Of a stretch of 64,000 nucleotides of DNA, positions 51,327-61,199 are shown one piece after another. Under the pieces are notes generated by a model that saw only the letters and a program-made list of their open reading frames with translations, was not told the DNA's origin and ran no database searches. Source of the DNA: a virus (Duplodnaviria; Heunggongvirae; Uroviricota; Caudoviricetes); the IMG/VR virus record IMGVR_UViG_3300045988_163275, positions 43,752 through 107,751 of that record. One strand, written 5' to 3'. How positions within the stretch are numbered: the first letter of the stretch is position 1; the number at the start of each line of letters is the position of its first letter. The position numbers were made by a program, and so were the translations under genes.

Positions 51327-52649
51327 TCATTCTTTATCTCCAATACGATCTTCGGTATCTCGAAGACATTTAGGCCACTTCAGACGTGGATGACGCAAGC
51401 TACCATCTGGCGTTTTCTCATGGCAGTGAACCTCAACGATGCGTCCACGATACTTCTCCTGATTGTTCCAGATTTCATCCAGGTATTTATGCTTGATACC
51501 GCTGGCACGAACGATGACGCCGTTCTCCAGACGAATCACTATCTTGCCTAGCGTATGCGCAAATCCAGAATCCGGATCGCCAGGCTCGAAGTCGATGATT
51601 TCACCGTCTTCTGAATCCTCGTCTTTCAGCTTCCACCAGCTGCGGGTACGTTTGAACTCGTAAACTGAATCCGGATCTTTGCCCATCTCTCCCTCTTCAT
51701 TCTCGTCCAGTCGCTTCATGAAACGTTCGATGAAATCTTCGTGGCTATGGATGATGTAGAACGGATGAAGGTGGATATCTTGCGCATAATCTTCCACGCA
51801 AGTGTTGCGGAACAACGCCACCAGCATAGCCAGGCGCTCTTTCAGCTTCATACCGGTCTTCAGGTACTCTTTGCTTTTTGCCTGAGCACGCCACTCCGGT
51901 AAGAAGAAATCGAAAATGTGGTAAACGGCACCAATGGCTTTCACGTTCTTCTTACGAAGCGCCGACACTGACTGGTTGAATGTACCTGCAGTGCCCTCTC
52001 CATCGAAGAAGATGTGATTGAAGCCGGAGAGTCTGCCCCGCTCCAGCATGGCTGGTTTAAGGTGATCGAGTGACGTAATCGGATTGCCGGTGCGCGTCAG
52101 GAAATTGACCTCACCCTCGTCCACGATGACTTCGCAGATAACCCGGAGACCATCGAGTTTGAGACTGCCGATCATTGGCCACTTGGCCTTTGGATTTGGT
52201 TTAAATGGGTATTTGTCGCCTTTCTCCTTGTACGGAGACGCCAGCTGTACCTCAAACTTCGGAATTGGGTTTTCGAACACCTTGTTGCACAGGCTGATGC
52301 CGACACCGGCTTTCGGATCTTTCAGCAGGAAGCGACGAAACACGTCCTGCCCGTCAGCGCACATCGAGGCAACGAGTGATTCGACAGCAGCAATAGCGAT
52401 GTTCCCGGTCAGTTCGCGCGCTGCCAGCTTCTCCAGCAGATCTACTACCTTCTGGTCGCTGGGTACGGAAGTATCGAGTGGCTCGGCCACTTTGTACTTC
52501 TTCACACCGAATCGAATGAATGGATTGAGCATTAGCGAGACCATGCTCTGTTCAAATTCATCCAGATTGGCCAGTGCCTCTTTCTTGGCGTTGGTTCCCA
52601 TCGTTTTAATAGCATCCAGCTTGTGCTTTAGGGCGATCAGTTTTTCCAT
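51327..52649 (-). CDS. ATP-dependent DNA ligase
   Basis: Motif I KLDGLR (KxDGxR adenylation lysine), motif V-like WWKLK. Confidence 0.8.
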   Translation of the reverse strand: MEKLIALKHKLDAIKTMGTNAKKEALANLDEFEQSMVSLMLNPFIRFGVKKYKVAEPLDTSVPSDQKVVDLLEKLAARELTGNIAIAAVESLVASMCADGQDVFRRFLLKDPKAGVGISLCNKVFENPIPKFEVQLASPYKEKGDKYPFKPNPKAKWPMIGSLKLDGLRVICEVIVDEGEVNFLTRTGNPITSLDHLKPAMLERGRLSGFNHIFFDGEGTAGTFNQSVSALRKKNVKAIGAVYHIFDFFLPEWRAQAKSKEYLKTGMKLKERLAMLVALFRNTCVEDYAQDIHLHPFYIIHSHEDFIERFMKRLDENEEGEMGKDPDSVYEFKRTRSWWKLKDEDSEDGEIIDFEPGDPDSGFAHTLGKIVIRLENGVIVRASGIKHKYLDEIWNNQEKYRGRIVEVHCHEKTPDGSLRHPRLKWPKCLRDTEDRIGDKE

Positions 52650-52683
52650 TAGTGTTTAACCTCCATCGGTCGCTCGGGAGTTT

Positions 52684-53160
52684 TCATGTGTTTTCTTTGG
52701 TTGCTTCTTCAATGAGTGCCGCGTACACGTCAGTGACCGGCGCCAGTGAATCGGTGAGCTTGGTTTCGGATTTAGCAGGTTCTGTTTTCTTCGTGCGATG
52801 AATAAGACTGTCAATTGTCGCGGTGTTTCGCTTCCGGGGGAGCGTTCTGGCATGGTCGTTTTGCTCTTCCACTTCTTTGATAAGTGAAGACATATCGATG
52901 AAGTAGAGCTGTTCGTCTTTGCGGATCTCTTCGACCATCATTTTCAGTGCCTGACATTTACCAGCAGCAATAGCCGCAGCGCAGGACTGGAACGATGTAG
53001 CCGGGAGACGTTTTTCTTTATAGGCGAGGATCGTGTGTTGGCAGACTGTATAGCTGCAATGAGCCTCATGGCCGTTGAGCTTCACTTCCGGGCAGCGCAG
53101 CGAATAACCGTTGTTTCCGGAGATAGACGGGATTTTCGACAAATCTGTTCTTGTGGACAT
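52684..53160 (-). CDS. hypothetical Cys/His-containing protein
   Basis: 158-aa ORF with CPEV...HEAHCSYTVCQH cluster; palindromic motif upstream. Confidence 0.4.
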   Translation of the reverse strand: MSTRTDLSKIPSISGNNGYSLRCPEVKLNGHEAHCSYTVCQHTILAYKEKRLPATSFQSCAAAIAAGKCQALKMMVEEIRKDEQLYFIDMSSLIKEVEEQNDHARTLPRKRNTATIDSLIHRTKKTEPAKSETKLTDSLAPVTDVYAALIEEATKENT

Positions 53161-53240
53161 GCTTCTAACCGTAATCTTGTACTTACTTATTAATCGCAGT
53201 TTAAAGAAGCCCCACGAGGGGCTAAATGTTTTATCGAGGC

Positions 53241-54053
53241 TTACCAGGTCGCCCAGCCAGTCATTTTGTCCTGAGCAGCTTCGAACCGGTATGGGTCCAG
53301 TAAATCGTTGGTACGATGAACGGCGTAGGATTTGGCTTCTTGTTTAATCATGGGTAATTCGTTGGCCATACGAGCCACTTGCCCTGCAAAACTGGCGAGT
53401 ACTCCGTCACATGCCTGACCCGCGTCGACAATGATGCGCACCAGGTCTAAGTCGCTGCGGCACATATCGCAGATAATGCCGTATTCCACCTCACGAATGC
53501 GCTCAACGGCTTTTTTGATATCGCCACTGACCACCAATTCCAGCAAACCAGGTGGAGTTGTCAGATCTGTTACGCGCTCGGTAACTTCAGACTGTTCGAC
53601 AATACTCAGGAACGCCGCGATGGACGGGTCATCCGCCACACCAGCTCTGACTTTGAGCGTGCGAAGAGTTGCGTCGACAATATCCTCAAACCGTTCACCT
53701 TCATCGCACACAGTCTGATTGGTGTAGACAGTCTGATTAGTGTAGACAATGCGACCGTCGTACCATGCACCGGTACTCACTTCGACCGTTGCGTCTTTCA
53801 TCTCGCGAGAGAACGCCACAAGTGCCGCGCGTTTCTGCTTAACACCTGGCAACTCCGGGGACTCTCCAAAACGAACCCAGACCTGCATGTATTTCGAGCC
53901 TTCCGAAAGAGGTACGGTGCTCACGGACGTGGCGATATGCTCCAGTGCAGTTTGGATCGCCTCGTCGATAATCTTCTGGCGCTCTTCTGTATCAATTTCT
54001 ACGCCTGATTTGTCGATGATTTCGGTAACGGACTTCTGAATATCTGCTTTCAT
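53241..54053 (-). CDS. hypothetical protein containing an 18-bp tandem duplication
   Basis: 270-aa ORF; YTNQTVYTNQTV encoded by duplicated tctgatt(g/a)gtgtagaca. Confidence 0.45.
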   Translation of the reverse strand: MKADIQKSVTEIIDKSGVEIDTEERQKIIDEAIQTALEHIATSVSTVPLSEGSKYMQVWVRFGESPELPGVKQKRAALVAFSREMKDATVEVSTGAWYDGRIVYTNQTVYTNQTVCDEGERFEDIVDATLRTLKVRAGVADDPSIAAFLSIVEQSEVTERVTDLTTPPGLLELVVSGDIKKAVERIREVEYGIICDMCRSDLDLVRIIVDAGQACDGVLASFAGQVARMANELPMIKQEAKSYAVHRTNDLLDPYRFEAAQDKMTGWATW

Positions 54054-54133
54054 AAAGGTTCCTCAATTCCTTCTTCGCGCATATTCTTACAGAAAAATAA
54101 GTATGTATCTACTTATCATTGGCGGCGTGCAAT

Positions 54134-55318
54134 TTATACAAGAGCTTTAATGCCGAGTACCTTGCTTTGTAGCTCCAACTGTCTGGAGTACGGTTTGGCA
54201 CGATAATAGGCTTTGAGGATCTGCTCTGGTGTCGCGTCGCCGGGGTCGAGACCTTCCTCGCCCAGACAGGCCACTTTGACATTCAGTCCTATGCTGGTGA
54301 GACGTTTGGCCGCCGACATGGTGTTGCGGATCGCTTGCTTCTCGCTATCCCACATCATGATGACGTTGCGTAATCCACGCGCCTTGAGCGTCAGGAACGC
54401 GCCCAACTGATCTTCAGCGTCCTCATTCATATTTCCGGACAAGTGCATCCCGAACGTGCCAATTGGCTCCACGTAATCCCGCAGCGTCTCTTCGTCGAAG
54501 ATGGCACGCTTCACGCCCATTACGTCAAATGCCCCTTCACACACAACGACCGTTTGTTTTCCGACTGCGTTGTGGCCGTTGTAGAGAAACTTACCCGACG
54601 CCGGCAACTGCATGGGGAAGAGATAACGGCGTTCTGCTGCACCGGTAATGTCACGCCCCTGGAAGGTCTTCATCACGCCATCCAGATCGTAAACCGGTAT
54701 CAGGATGCGCATATCAAACACCTGCCCTTTGACCTGGTCTGTGTACGGATCGACGTATGCGTGCTTGCCTTCGACGCAGTAACGCAGATCAAAGTATTTG
54801 GCCAGCTCCGGGGAAATATGGCGCTCCACCAGATAATCAGGAAGACGACCGTCAATGGGGAGTTCGTAATGGCGCGGGAGAGCTACTGGCCCTTCGAGTT
54901 CAACCTTGCTGGCCAGCACGATCTCTTCCTTCTTCGGCGCCCAACCTTGTGAGATCAGCGCGTTCTGGACGTACTCTTCAAAATCGCGACGGGATTTGCC
55001 GCTGTAGTGCTTGAGGAAGACCAGCTTATTGAACTGAATCTCTTCGGGATGATCACCAGCAAAGCATTTGCCGACGCCATTGGTCAGGTTGAAATAAACC
55101 TTCCAGTTTGAGCTGCCGCATACCGGACACTCTTTAATGTTGACCTCTCGTCCGCGAGTACTGACTCCACCACGACGGTAGATGATCCCTTCCATATCGA
55201 GCCATTGCTCAAAATCCAGCTCGGTCAGTAATTCTTTCAAGTCGCTCACGTTCTTACCCCTGTTTTTTGCAGGTAATATCTTGATAAGCCTCGGTATTTG
55301 AATACCATAAAGGCTCAT
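54134..55318 (-). CDS. dnaG: DNA primase (zinc-binding + TOPRIM)
   Basis: Zn-binding CPVCGSSNW...CFAGDH and TOPRIM-like VVVCEGAFDVMG; start placed at ATG 55316-55318. Confidence 0.7.
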   Translation of the reverse strand: MSLYGIQIPRLIKILPAKNRGKNVSDLKELLTELDFEQWLDMEGIIYRRGGVSTRGREVNIKECPVCGSSNWKVYFNLTNGVGKCFAGDHPEEIQFNKLVFLKHYSGKSRRDFEEYVQNALISQGWAPKKEEIVLASKVELEGPVALPRHYELPIDGRLPDYLVERHISPELAKYFDLRYCVEGKHAYVDPYTDQVKGQVFDMRILIPVYDLDGVMKTFQGRDITGAAERRYLFPMQLPASGKFLYNGHNAVGKQTVVVCEGAFDVMGVKRAIFDEETLRDYVEPIGTFGMHLSGNMNEDAEDQLGAFLTLKARGLRNVIMMWDSEKQAIRNTMSAAKRLTSIGLNVKVACLGEEGLDPGDATPEQILKAYYRAKPYSRQLELQSKVLGIKALV

Positions 55319-55405
55319 GTGTTTTTTCTTTTGTGGTTTTGGCAAAAGAGAAATTTGTTCTCTTCTGGAGACAGGCGTGGAGAGTGTTTCCCCACGCCTT
55401 CTTTT

Positions 55406-56746
55406 TTAGAGGACGTCCATAATGCGTTCGATGAATCGCATTTGTTCGAGGTTCTGCTTAACGCGGATGCTTACGCCGCCTTTCTGGTTACGTGAACCAG
55501 CGAAGTAAAGACGCGCTTCGCCTTTCGCTTCTTCTTCTTCCGTTTTGTTGATAGTGATAACGAGGTCAGCGATACGCACCTTCTCGATGTTGTCCGCTGC
55601 GTGCATCATTGTAGCCACCTCAGAAGCGCCACCTTCTCTGTTAGTCTGCGATGCCGTGATGCCGGCAACGTTGTGTTTGTCGTACAGCGCACGCAGGTCA
55701 GTGTAGATGCTGCGAATGTTAGCGCGGTCGTCGCGGAGGTCGTAGCTGGCACGCATCAGGTCAGCGTAGTCGACCACAACCATATCGGGGACCATACCGT
55801 TGGCTTTCATGCTGCCCAACATACGGTCCAGATCTGCGGGCGACATGCTTCCGGAGGGTCGTTCAACAATCCACAAACTTCCCACGCCTTTCGTCGCACC
55901 CAGCTCTGCCAGTTTGCGATGGACGTCATCGCGACGTTCCACCAGCCTGGACATTTCGGTCTCAGACAGACGGGCGTCAAAGCGATCTGACAGAATGGAG
56001 GTGTGAACTTCCAGCGACAGATACAGGACGTTGTAACCGGCAAGCGTGGCGTTGATGGAAAACTCCCCCATCGCCGTCGATTTACCAGACTTAGCGAAGC
56101 CCATAAATAGCACCATTTCACGCTTTGCCCAGCCTTTCTGGTAAAGCAGCTTGTCGAGCAGCGGGAGGCCGGTAGTGATGCTGTTTGGCACGTAATCGTC
56201 GGACGCTTCGTACTCACGGGCCTTGTAACGCTCCGCTGATTCTGCGAAGTAATCGTAAATGCCGGTCGCTTCGTTAGAGCCGATTTGCTGGACCTTAGCC
56301 ATGATTGCCATCGCGCCCTGGAAATCGCCCTTCTCTTTCATCTCAGCCGCTTTAATCAGCGCGTCGTCGAACGCTACGCTTTTAGCAAATGTCGCGACCT
56401 GGTCGACCATGTACGCCGTATCTGACAGCTTCTCAGCGAGAATGCGCTTAAACGCCTCAACAACGTCAGGGAACAGCTCTTCGCGGATCGTCTTATCGCG
56501 TTTGGCGCGTTTGAGCATGTCGAGGATGGCTGATGATGATGGTGCGCTCTTATACATTCTGTAGTAGCCCGACACCATGTTAACCAGAATGGAGTTAGCC
56601 GCATTAGAGAACTGGTTTGGGGCAACCAGATCGCCTGCGCGAGTCAGAAACTCATGGTCGCGACAGAAGTAGGCAGCGAGTCTATTCTGGAAGTCGTCGT
56701 CGAACTCTTCAGACAACCCTCGTCCTGTGTGGCAAAGTTCGGTCAT
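55406..56746 (-). CDS. dnaB: replicative DNA helicase (DnaB-like)
   Basis: Walker A GFAKSGKST, Walker B VVVDYADLM, arginine-finger region typical of DnaB/gp41 helicases. Confidence 0.8.
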   Translation of the reverse strand: MTELCHTGRGLSEEFDDDFQNRLAAYFCRDHEFLTRAGDLVAPNQFSNAANSILVNMVSGYYRMYKSAPSSSAILDMLKRAKRDKTIREELFPDVVEAFKRILAEKLSDTAYMVDQVATFAKSVAFDDALIKAAEMKEKGDFQGAMAIMAKVQQIGSNEATGIYDYFAESAERYKAREYEASDDYVPNSITTGLPLLDKLLYQKGWAKREMVLFMGFAKSGKSTAMGEFSINATLAGYNVLYLSLEVHTSILSDRFDARLSETEMSRLVERRDDVHRKLAELGATKGVGSLWIVERPSGSMSPADLDRMLGSMKANGMVPDMVVVDYADLMRASYDLRDDRANIRSIYTDLRALYDKHNVAGITASQTNREGGASEVATMMHAADNIEKVRIADLVITINKTEEEEAKGEARLYFAGSRNQKGGVSIRVKQNLEQMRFIERIMDVL

Positions 56747-56764
56747 GTGCTTTCCTTTGATACT

Positions 56765-56782
56765 TAAACAAATTGTTTTCTA
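56765..56782. promoter_or_regulatory. class-2 palindromic motif upstream of dnaB-like gene
   Basis: ttaaacaaattgttttct about 20 bp upstream of ATG. Confidence 0.45.
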
Positions 56783-56806
56783 ATACTAAAAAATCCAGAT
56801 AGGGGA

Positions 56807-57532
56807 TCAACAGAATCGCCGTGCTTCTTCCAGTTCTTCCGGGAAATGCGCATAAATTACACGCTCAGGTACGATTTCCATCAACCAGACTGCGGAGAAG
56901 ATGATGCGGATGCGTTTATCTCGGGTAATGCCACGCAGACGCTCCAGAATCCACTCAAAATAGCGTTCCTGAATCGGGTCACGCTGCATGTCTCCAAGAT
57001 GCTTAAAACTCACCAGAGAGTCATCCAGACGGGTTACAGCGCGTTTGGCTAACTTCTCTTCGAATATCTCGATCAACTCGGGCTGCCAGAGATGCTGGGG
57101 GCGCGGTAATTTGTCCCACAGCCGTCGTGCAGCTGCGGAAAGAACGGTGGAGATAAAGTAGTCGTATGAGCAGCAATAGCGGTCAGCAAACTGGCGTGCT
57201 TTCCATAGAGACGTTTTATTGGCAGTCGACAACTCCTGATATGGCACACGCTTCAGACCGGTTGTGAATGGAGCCGTCTCATAGTGTTCACGACCATGCG
57301 ACAGCATGATGTATGAGTACTGGCGCTTGTATGCCTCAGTGAAAAGGCATGTGGCCATGAGCGGGTGCATATCGCGATAGTCAAACCATTTGGTTTCGAA
57401 CAGTTCCGCCTCGTCCTTGCAACGTGACAGGCCAATGTTCTCCGCTACCCACTTATCCATGACTGCGGTGTTCCACTCTGTCATGAAATCGTACTGGTCA
57501 TTGTCGATAGTGTTGAAGAAGATCTGGCTCAC
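56807..57532 (-). CDS. hypothetical protein
   Basis: 241-aa ORF. Confidence 0.45.
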   Translation of the reverse strand: MSQIFFNTIDNDQYDFMTEWNTAVMDKWVAENIGLSRCKDEAELFETKWFDYRDMHPLMATCLFTEAYKRQYSYIMLSHGREHYETAPFTTGLKRVPYQELSTANKTSLWKARQFADRYCCSYDYFISTVLSAAARRLWDKLPRPQHLWQPELIEIFEEKLAKRAVTRLDDSLVSFKHLGDMQRDPIQERYFEWILERLRGITRDKRIRIIFSAVWLMEIVPERVIYAHFPEELEEARRFC

Positions 57533-57544
57533 ATGATTCCCTTT

Positions 57545-57570
57545 AATAGGTATGTACTTACTTATCTAAG
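57545..57570. promoter_or_regulatory. class-1 palindromic motif upstream of 56807..57532 gene
   Basis: aataggtatgtacttacttatctaag. Confidence 0.4.
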
Positions 57571-57814
57571 TGGGCGAATCATAGCGACTGGAGATATTTT
57601 TGGGAAGTGGAAACGGAAGGGAGTTGTTCTGGTGGGTGTCTTTTAAAAGACCTGCTTCCGTATATATTTAATAAGTTACTTATTATTTATATACAGAAAC
57701 AGGCATAACTTGTCGTCTTAGACACCCAGAAGCTCTACACTTTGAGCCTGTAAAATTGATTAAAAACTTATGTGTAAAATAGAACGCATTAGTCAGTAGC
57801 TAAGAGATGCAATA

Positions 57815-58582
57815 ATGGACGATTTATCGGTATACGCGAGATCATTGGATAAGGCTAAATACTATGTTTACTGTCTCTATGATACAGAAGACAAGATGAA
57901 AAGACCGTTTTACATAGGAAAAGGCAAATCGACTCGTTGTCTCGATCACATCAAGTATCCCGATGACTCTCCCAAATCCATGCGGATCAAAGAACTTTTG
58001 GCTAATAAAAAATTAGGCATAGATATTCTTCGTCATGGTATGGATGAAACCACAGCCAAACTTGTTGAGGCGACATGCATCGACCTTATGGGGGTCGGAG
58101 AGCTTACGAATAAGGTACGAGGAAGTGGTTCCATGATGGGCAGAATATCACTGGACGCCTACCATCACTTAGTGCTGCAAGAGGAATCTGAAATTGCTCC
58201 TGAGCACGCCGGTCTTGCCTTCCTGCTAAACAGCACCTACAAGTCAGGAATGTCCGCTCTGGCATTATATGAAGCTACGCGTGGCGTATGGGCAAAGGTT
58301 CCAAGAGACGAGAATCTCAAATATGCCTACGCTACATATGGGGGCCTGATAATGGAAGTTTATCAGATTGAATGCTGGGTCAAAGCCGGTTCTCAGCAGT
58401 ACTTTACAAGGGATATAGCTCTTGGCCCCGACACAAAACGTTATGAATTTGTTGGCAGAATAGCCGATGAGCATATTAGAAAACTGTATGTAGGCAAATT
58501 AATCAAGAAGCCACCAAGCTACGGCAGCCCTTTTGTGAAGGTTGGGGTGGTTAGGAATGAACATAGTGTTAGCGCGGCATAA
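57815..58582 (+). CDS. GIY-YIG nuclease domain protein
   Basis: YVYCLYD...PFYIGKGKSTRCLDH GIY-YIG motif; isolated plus-strand gene. Confidence 0.55.
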   Translation: MDDLSVYARSLDKAKYYVYCLYDTEDKMKRPFYIGKGKSTRCLDHIKYPDDSPKSMRIKELLANKKLGIDILRHGMDETTAKLVEATCIDLMGVGELTNKVRGSGSMMGRISLDAYHHLVLQEESEIAPEHAGLAFLLNSTYKSGMSALALYEATRGVWAKVPRDENLKYAYATYGGLIMEVYQIECWVKAGSQQYFTRDIALGPDTKRYEFVGRIADEHIRKLYVGKLIKKPPSYGSPFVKVGVVRNEHSVSAA

Positions 58583-58634
58583 AGCTGACACTGTACTTAT
58601 GCATTGGCGCAATGTACGCGCCAATGCATAATTT

Positions 58635-58994
58635 TTAACCTTTCTTCATCAACTCTCGTTTGATTTCGTCGGTACGCATCGTGACGTCGGCAGCAGTGAT
58701 CGCCTCGTTCAGTTTCACGATGTCTTCGATTTCCTGCGGTGACTTCTCTGCCAGATGGAAAATGGCTGCACGAATCACATCAGAACGGGTGAACTTCTCA
58801 AAACGAGGGATAAACTTCATCATCTCCAACAGTTCGAAGTACTCGTCTTCCAGCGACATTGTGCGGCTTTTAATCTTCTCTTTGCCACGAGTCGGACGCC
58901 CCTGCGGTCTGACTGGCTGGCGCAGTGGAGTGCTGCTTTTGGCCGGTTCTTTAGGCTCATTGCGCTTTGCAAGGTCTCCCATTCTCATGGACAT
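58635..58994 (-). CDS. small partition partner protein (ParG/ParB-like, putative centromere binding)
   Basis: 119-aa basic N-terminus, immediately downstream of parA-like gene with overlapping stop/start. Confidence 0.45.
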   Translation of the reverse strand: MSMRMGDLAKRNEPKEPAKSSTPLRQPVRPQGRPTRGKEKIKSRTMSLEDEYFELLEMMKFIPRFEKFTRSDVIRAAIFHLAEKSPQEIEDIVKLNEAITAADVTMRTDEIKRELMKKG

Positions 58995-59659
58995 TATTCT
59001 TCCTCCAGACTCAAGATGTAATCTACAAACTCTTCGAACTCGGCTTCTGCCTTCTTATCGCGTTCAGCGCCAGTCATTTCAAAGATAGAACGACCTGCCT
59101 CTTCCGCATCGTCATAAACGTTACGGTTGTACAGGTTAACCGGCGCAGCCTCGATGCCGAAAGTTTCGACAATTTCCTTCGCGGCCAGAATACGTGATAC
59201 CTGGGAAGGCAATGACGGACACTGGTTTATTACCGCGCGGATCTTAACTTTCTCGTTCACATTGCGAACGTTGTCGATAATCGGGTCGATATCACGCAGA
59301 GATTTCAAATCACGACGTTTAGGGCGCAGCGGGATGATGATTACATCAGCCATAAGCATCGCCAGACGCTGAATTTCGGAGTCAAAGCCACCAGCATCTA
59401 CCACTACATAATCAGTTCGCCCCTGAAGCGATTTAAGATGTTTGACGATGTCGTCCTGCACATAAGCGAACGGGATCAGTTCAAGATCTTCGTTCTGGCG
59501 ACGGTCTTCACACCAGCTGGTCGTGGTGCGCTGGATATCGATATCGGTGACGTGAACCTTCTTTTTCTTTTTAACTTTGAGACATACCGCAATTTGCTGG
59601 GCAACGGTAGATTTGCCTGGGCCGCCTTTTGTGCCGCCAACCACAATGATCTTGGTCAT
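58994..59659 (-). CDS. parA: ParA/ParF-type partition ATPase
   Basis: Deviant Walker A GGTKGGPGKST, Walker B DYVVVDAGG. Confidence 0.8.
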   Translation of the reverse strand: MTKIIVVGGTKGGPGKSTVAQQIAVCLKVKKKKKVHVTDIDIQRTTTSWCEDRRQNEDLELIPFAYVQDDIVKHLKSLQGRTDYVVVDAGGFDSEIQRLAMLMADVIIIPLRPKRRDLKSLRDIDPIIDNVRNVNEKVKIRAVINQCPSLPSQVSRILAAKEIVETFGIEAAPVNLYNRNVYDDAEEAGRSIFEMTGAERDKKAEAEFEEFVDYILSLEEE

Positions 59660-59692
59660 TGGTGAGTTTCCTTTGCGTGAATTATTGTCGTA

Positions 59693-59709
59693 TGAAACAA
59701 CTTGTTTTC
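59693..59709. promoter_or_regulatory. class-2 palindromic motif upstream of parA-like gene
   Basis: aaacaacttgttttct about 35 bp upstream of ATG. Confidence 0.45.
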
Positions 59710-59978
59710 TTATATGCGATATAGCCTAAATGCCTACGGCTGCGGTGTAAAGGTTATTTAGTAGGTTGTTATTGCCTATTGCTAGTAACTGTTTTCATTT
59801 GTCTGTTGAAAAAAGTGACAATCACCTCTATATTACGAGTACGGTAAATTGCCGTACACAATTTGATGACACATACGCAATGGGCTATAGCCCAGTTAAA
59901 TAACCTTTGAGTCGAAAACTCAATTTAAATAGAGAGCAATGATGGCCTTCCTACATCACCGGCCATCAGGGGGTACAC

Positions 59979-60248
59979 ATGTCCGCACTGAAAAAGCAGC
60001 GCATCGATTTGAGATTAACCGATGACGATAAAAGCATCATCGAGGAAGCTGCCGCAATGTCTAACCAGAGCATTACCCAGTTCATGGTTAGCAGTGCATC
60101 CGAACGTGCCGTGAAGGTGATAGAGCAACACCGTAGACTGGTTCTAAGTGAAGAGTCCTGGAATCTGGTTATGGATGCTATAAGCAATCCTCCGGCACCG
60201 AACGACAAGCTGAAACGAGCTGCCAATCGTCTGAAAAGCATGGAGTAA
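59979..60248 (+). CDS. DUF1778-type antitoxin (TacA-like)
   Basis: 89-aa protein with RIDLRLTDDDKSIIEEAA N-terminal pattern directly upstream of a GNAT gene. Confidence 0.75.
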   Translation: MSALKKQRIDLRLTDDDKSIIEEAAAMSNQSITQFMVSSASERAVKVIEQHRRLVLSEESWNLVMDAISNPPAPNDKLKRAANRLKSME

Positions 60249-60255
60249 TTTACTC

Positions 60256-60777
60256 GTGAGCAATACGACGATCGAGATTTTCTCTGGAGAGAAAGATTAT
60301 GATCTAAACGGTTTTGATTGCGGCGAAGAGTCGCTAAACGCATTTTTGACCAACCACTTAAAAAGACAGCATGAGGGAAAAATTCTTCGCGCTTATGTGC
60401 TTTGCACTAAAGAAGAAATACCAAAGGTATTAGGTTATTACACTTTGTCAGGCAGCTGCTTTGAGAAAGAAACCTTACCTTCAAAGAGTCAGCAAAAGAA
60501 AGTGCCTTATCGGAATGTCCCAAGTATCACTTTAGGCAGACTGGCTTTGGACAAATCTCTTCAAGGTCAGGGGCTTGGCTCAATGCTTGTAACTCACGCA
60601 ATGCGTGTTGTGTACAATGCATCTCTTGCGGTAGGCATTCATGGGCTTTTCGTTGAGGCGTTGAACGATAAAGCCAGGGCGTTTTATAAAAGTTTGGGCT
60701 TTATCCAGCTGGTTGGTAACAACGATCGTTCTTTGTTCTATCCAACAAAATCTATCGAAAAATTGTTCGAAGAATAA
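60256..60777 (+). CDS. GNAT-family acetyltransferase toxin (TacT-like)
   Basis: GNAT fold motifs LQGQGLGSMLV and ARAFYKSLGF; 8-bp downstream of antitoxin, GTG start. Confidence 0.75.
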   Translation: MSNTTIEIFSGEKDYDLNGFDCGEESLNAFLTNHLKRQHEGKILRAYVLCTKEEIPKVLGYYTLSGSCFEKETLPSKSQQKKVPYRNVPSITLGRLALDKSLQGQGLGSMLVTHAMRVVYNASLAVGIHGLFVEALNDKARAFYKSLGFIQLVGNNDRSLFYPTKSIEKLFEE

Positions 60778-60945
60778 TGTGTCCCCCTCATTTGAGGGGA
60801 ACTTCGACATCACCAACCGCAAACTCTCTCTCCCATCGTATTGTGAAAAAGGATTTGGCGTTCGGTTTCTTCGGTCATTACATCGTCATTGCTGATATAA
60901 ATAGGTTCAGCGCCATCGCAGAACAACACGCTGGTGGTCTGTGGC

Positions 60946-61197
60946 TTAATTACGCACCCACTTATCATGCAGCTCACGATGAATGACAGAAGCATCTTTC
61001 TGACGTATTTCACTGTTCGTCTCATTCACCACTTCCACTGTGCTTTGAAGACGCTTGTTATCTTCCCGCCGTTCTTTCTCTTCCATACTGCGTCTGGCCA
61101 TATACCCGCCATAGGAGTATGCGCCGACAAGGACTAGAATGACGGCGGCCAGAGTGAACAAAGCGGATTTCATTTTGAACAACAGGCCGCCGAACAT
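60946..61197 (-). CDS. small membrane protein (spanin-like candidate)
   Basis: N-terminal TM LFTLAAVILVLVGAY followed by charged region. Confidence 0.35.
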   Translation of the reverse strand: MFGGLLFKMKSALFTLAAVILVLVGAYSYGGYMARRSMEEKERREDNKRLQSTVEVVNETNSEIRQKDASVIHRELHDKWVRN

Positions 61198-61199
61198 AC

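Noticed and set aside
55340-55410. Hairpin GGCGTGG...CCACGCC followed by T-run as a terminator between primase and helicase genes
   Set aside because: The T-run is on the plus strand where no gene ends; for the minus-strand operon the orientation is wrong, so its function is unclear.
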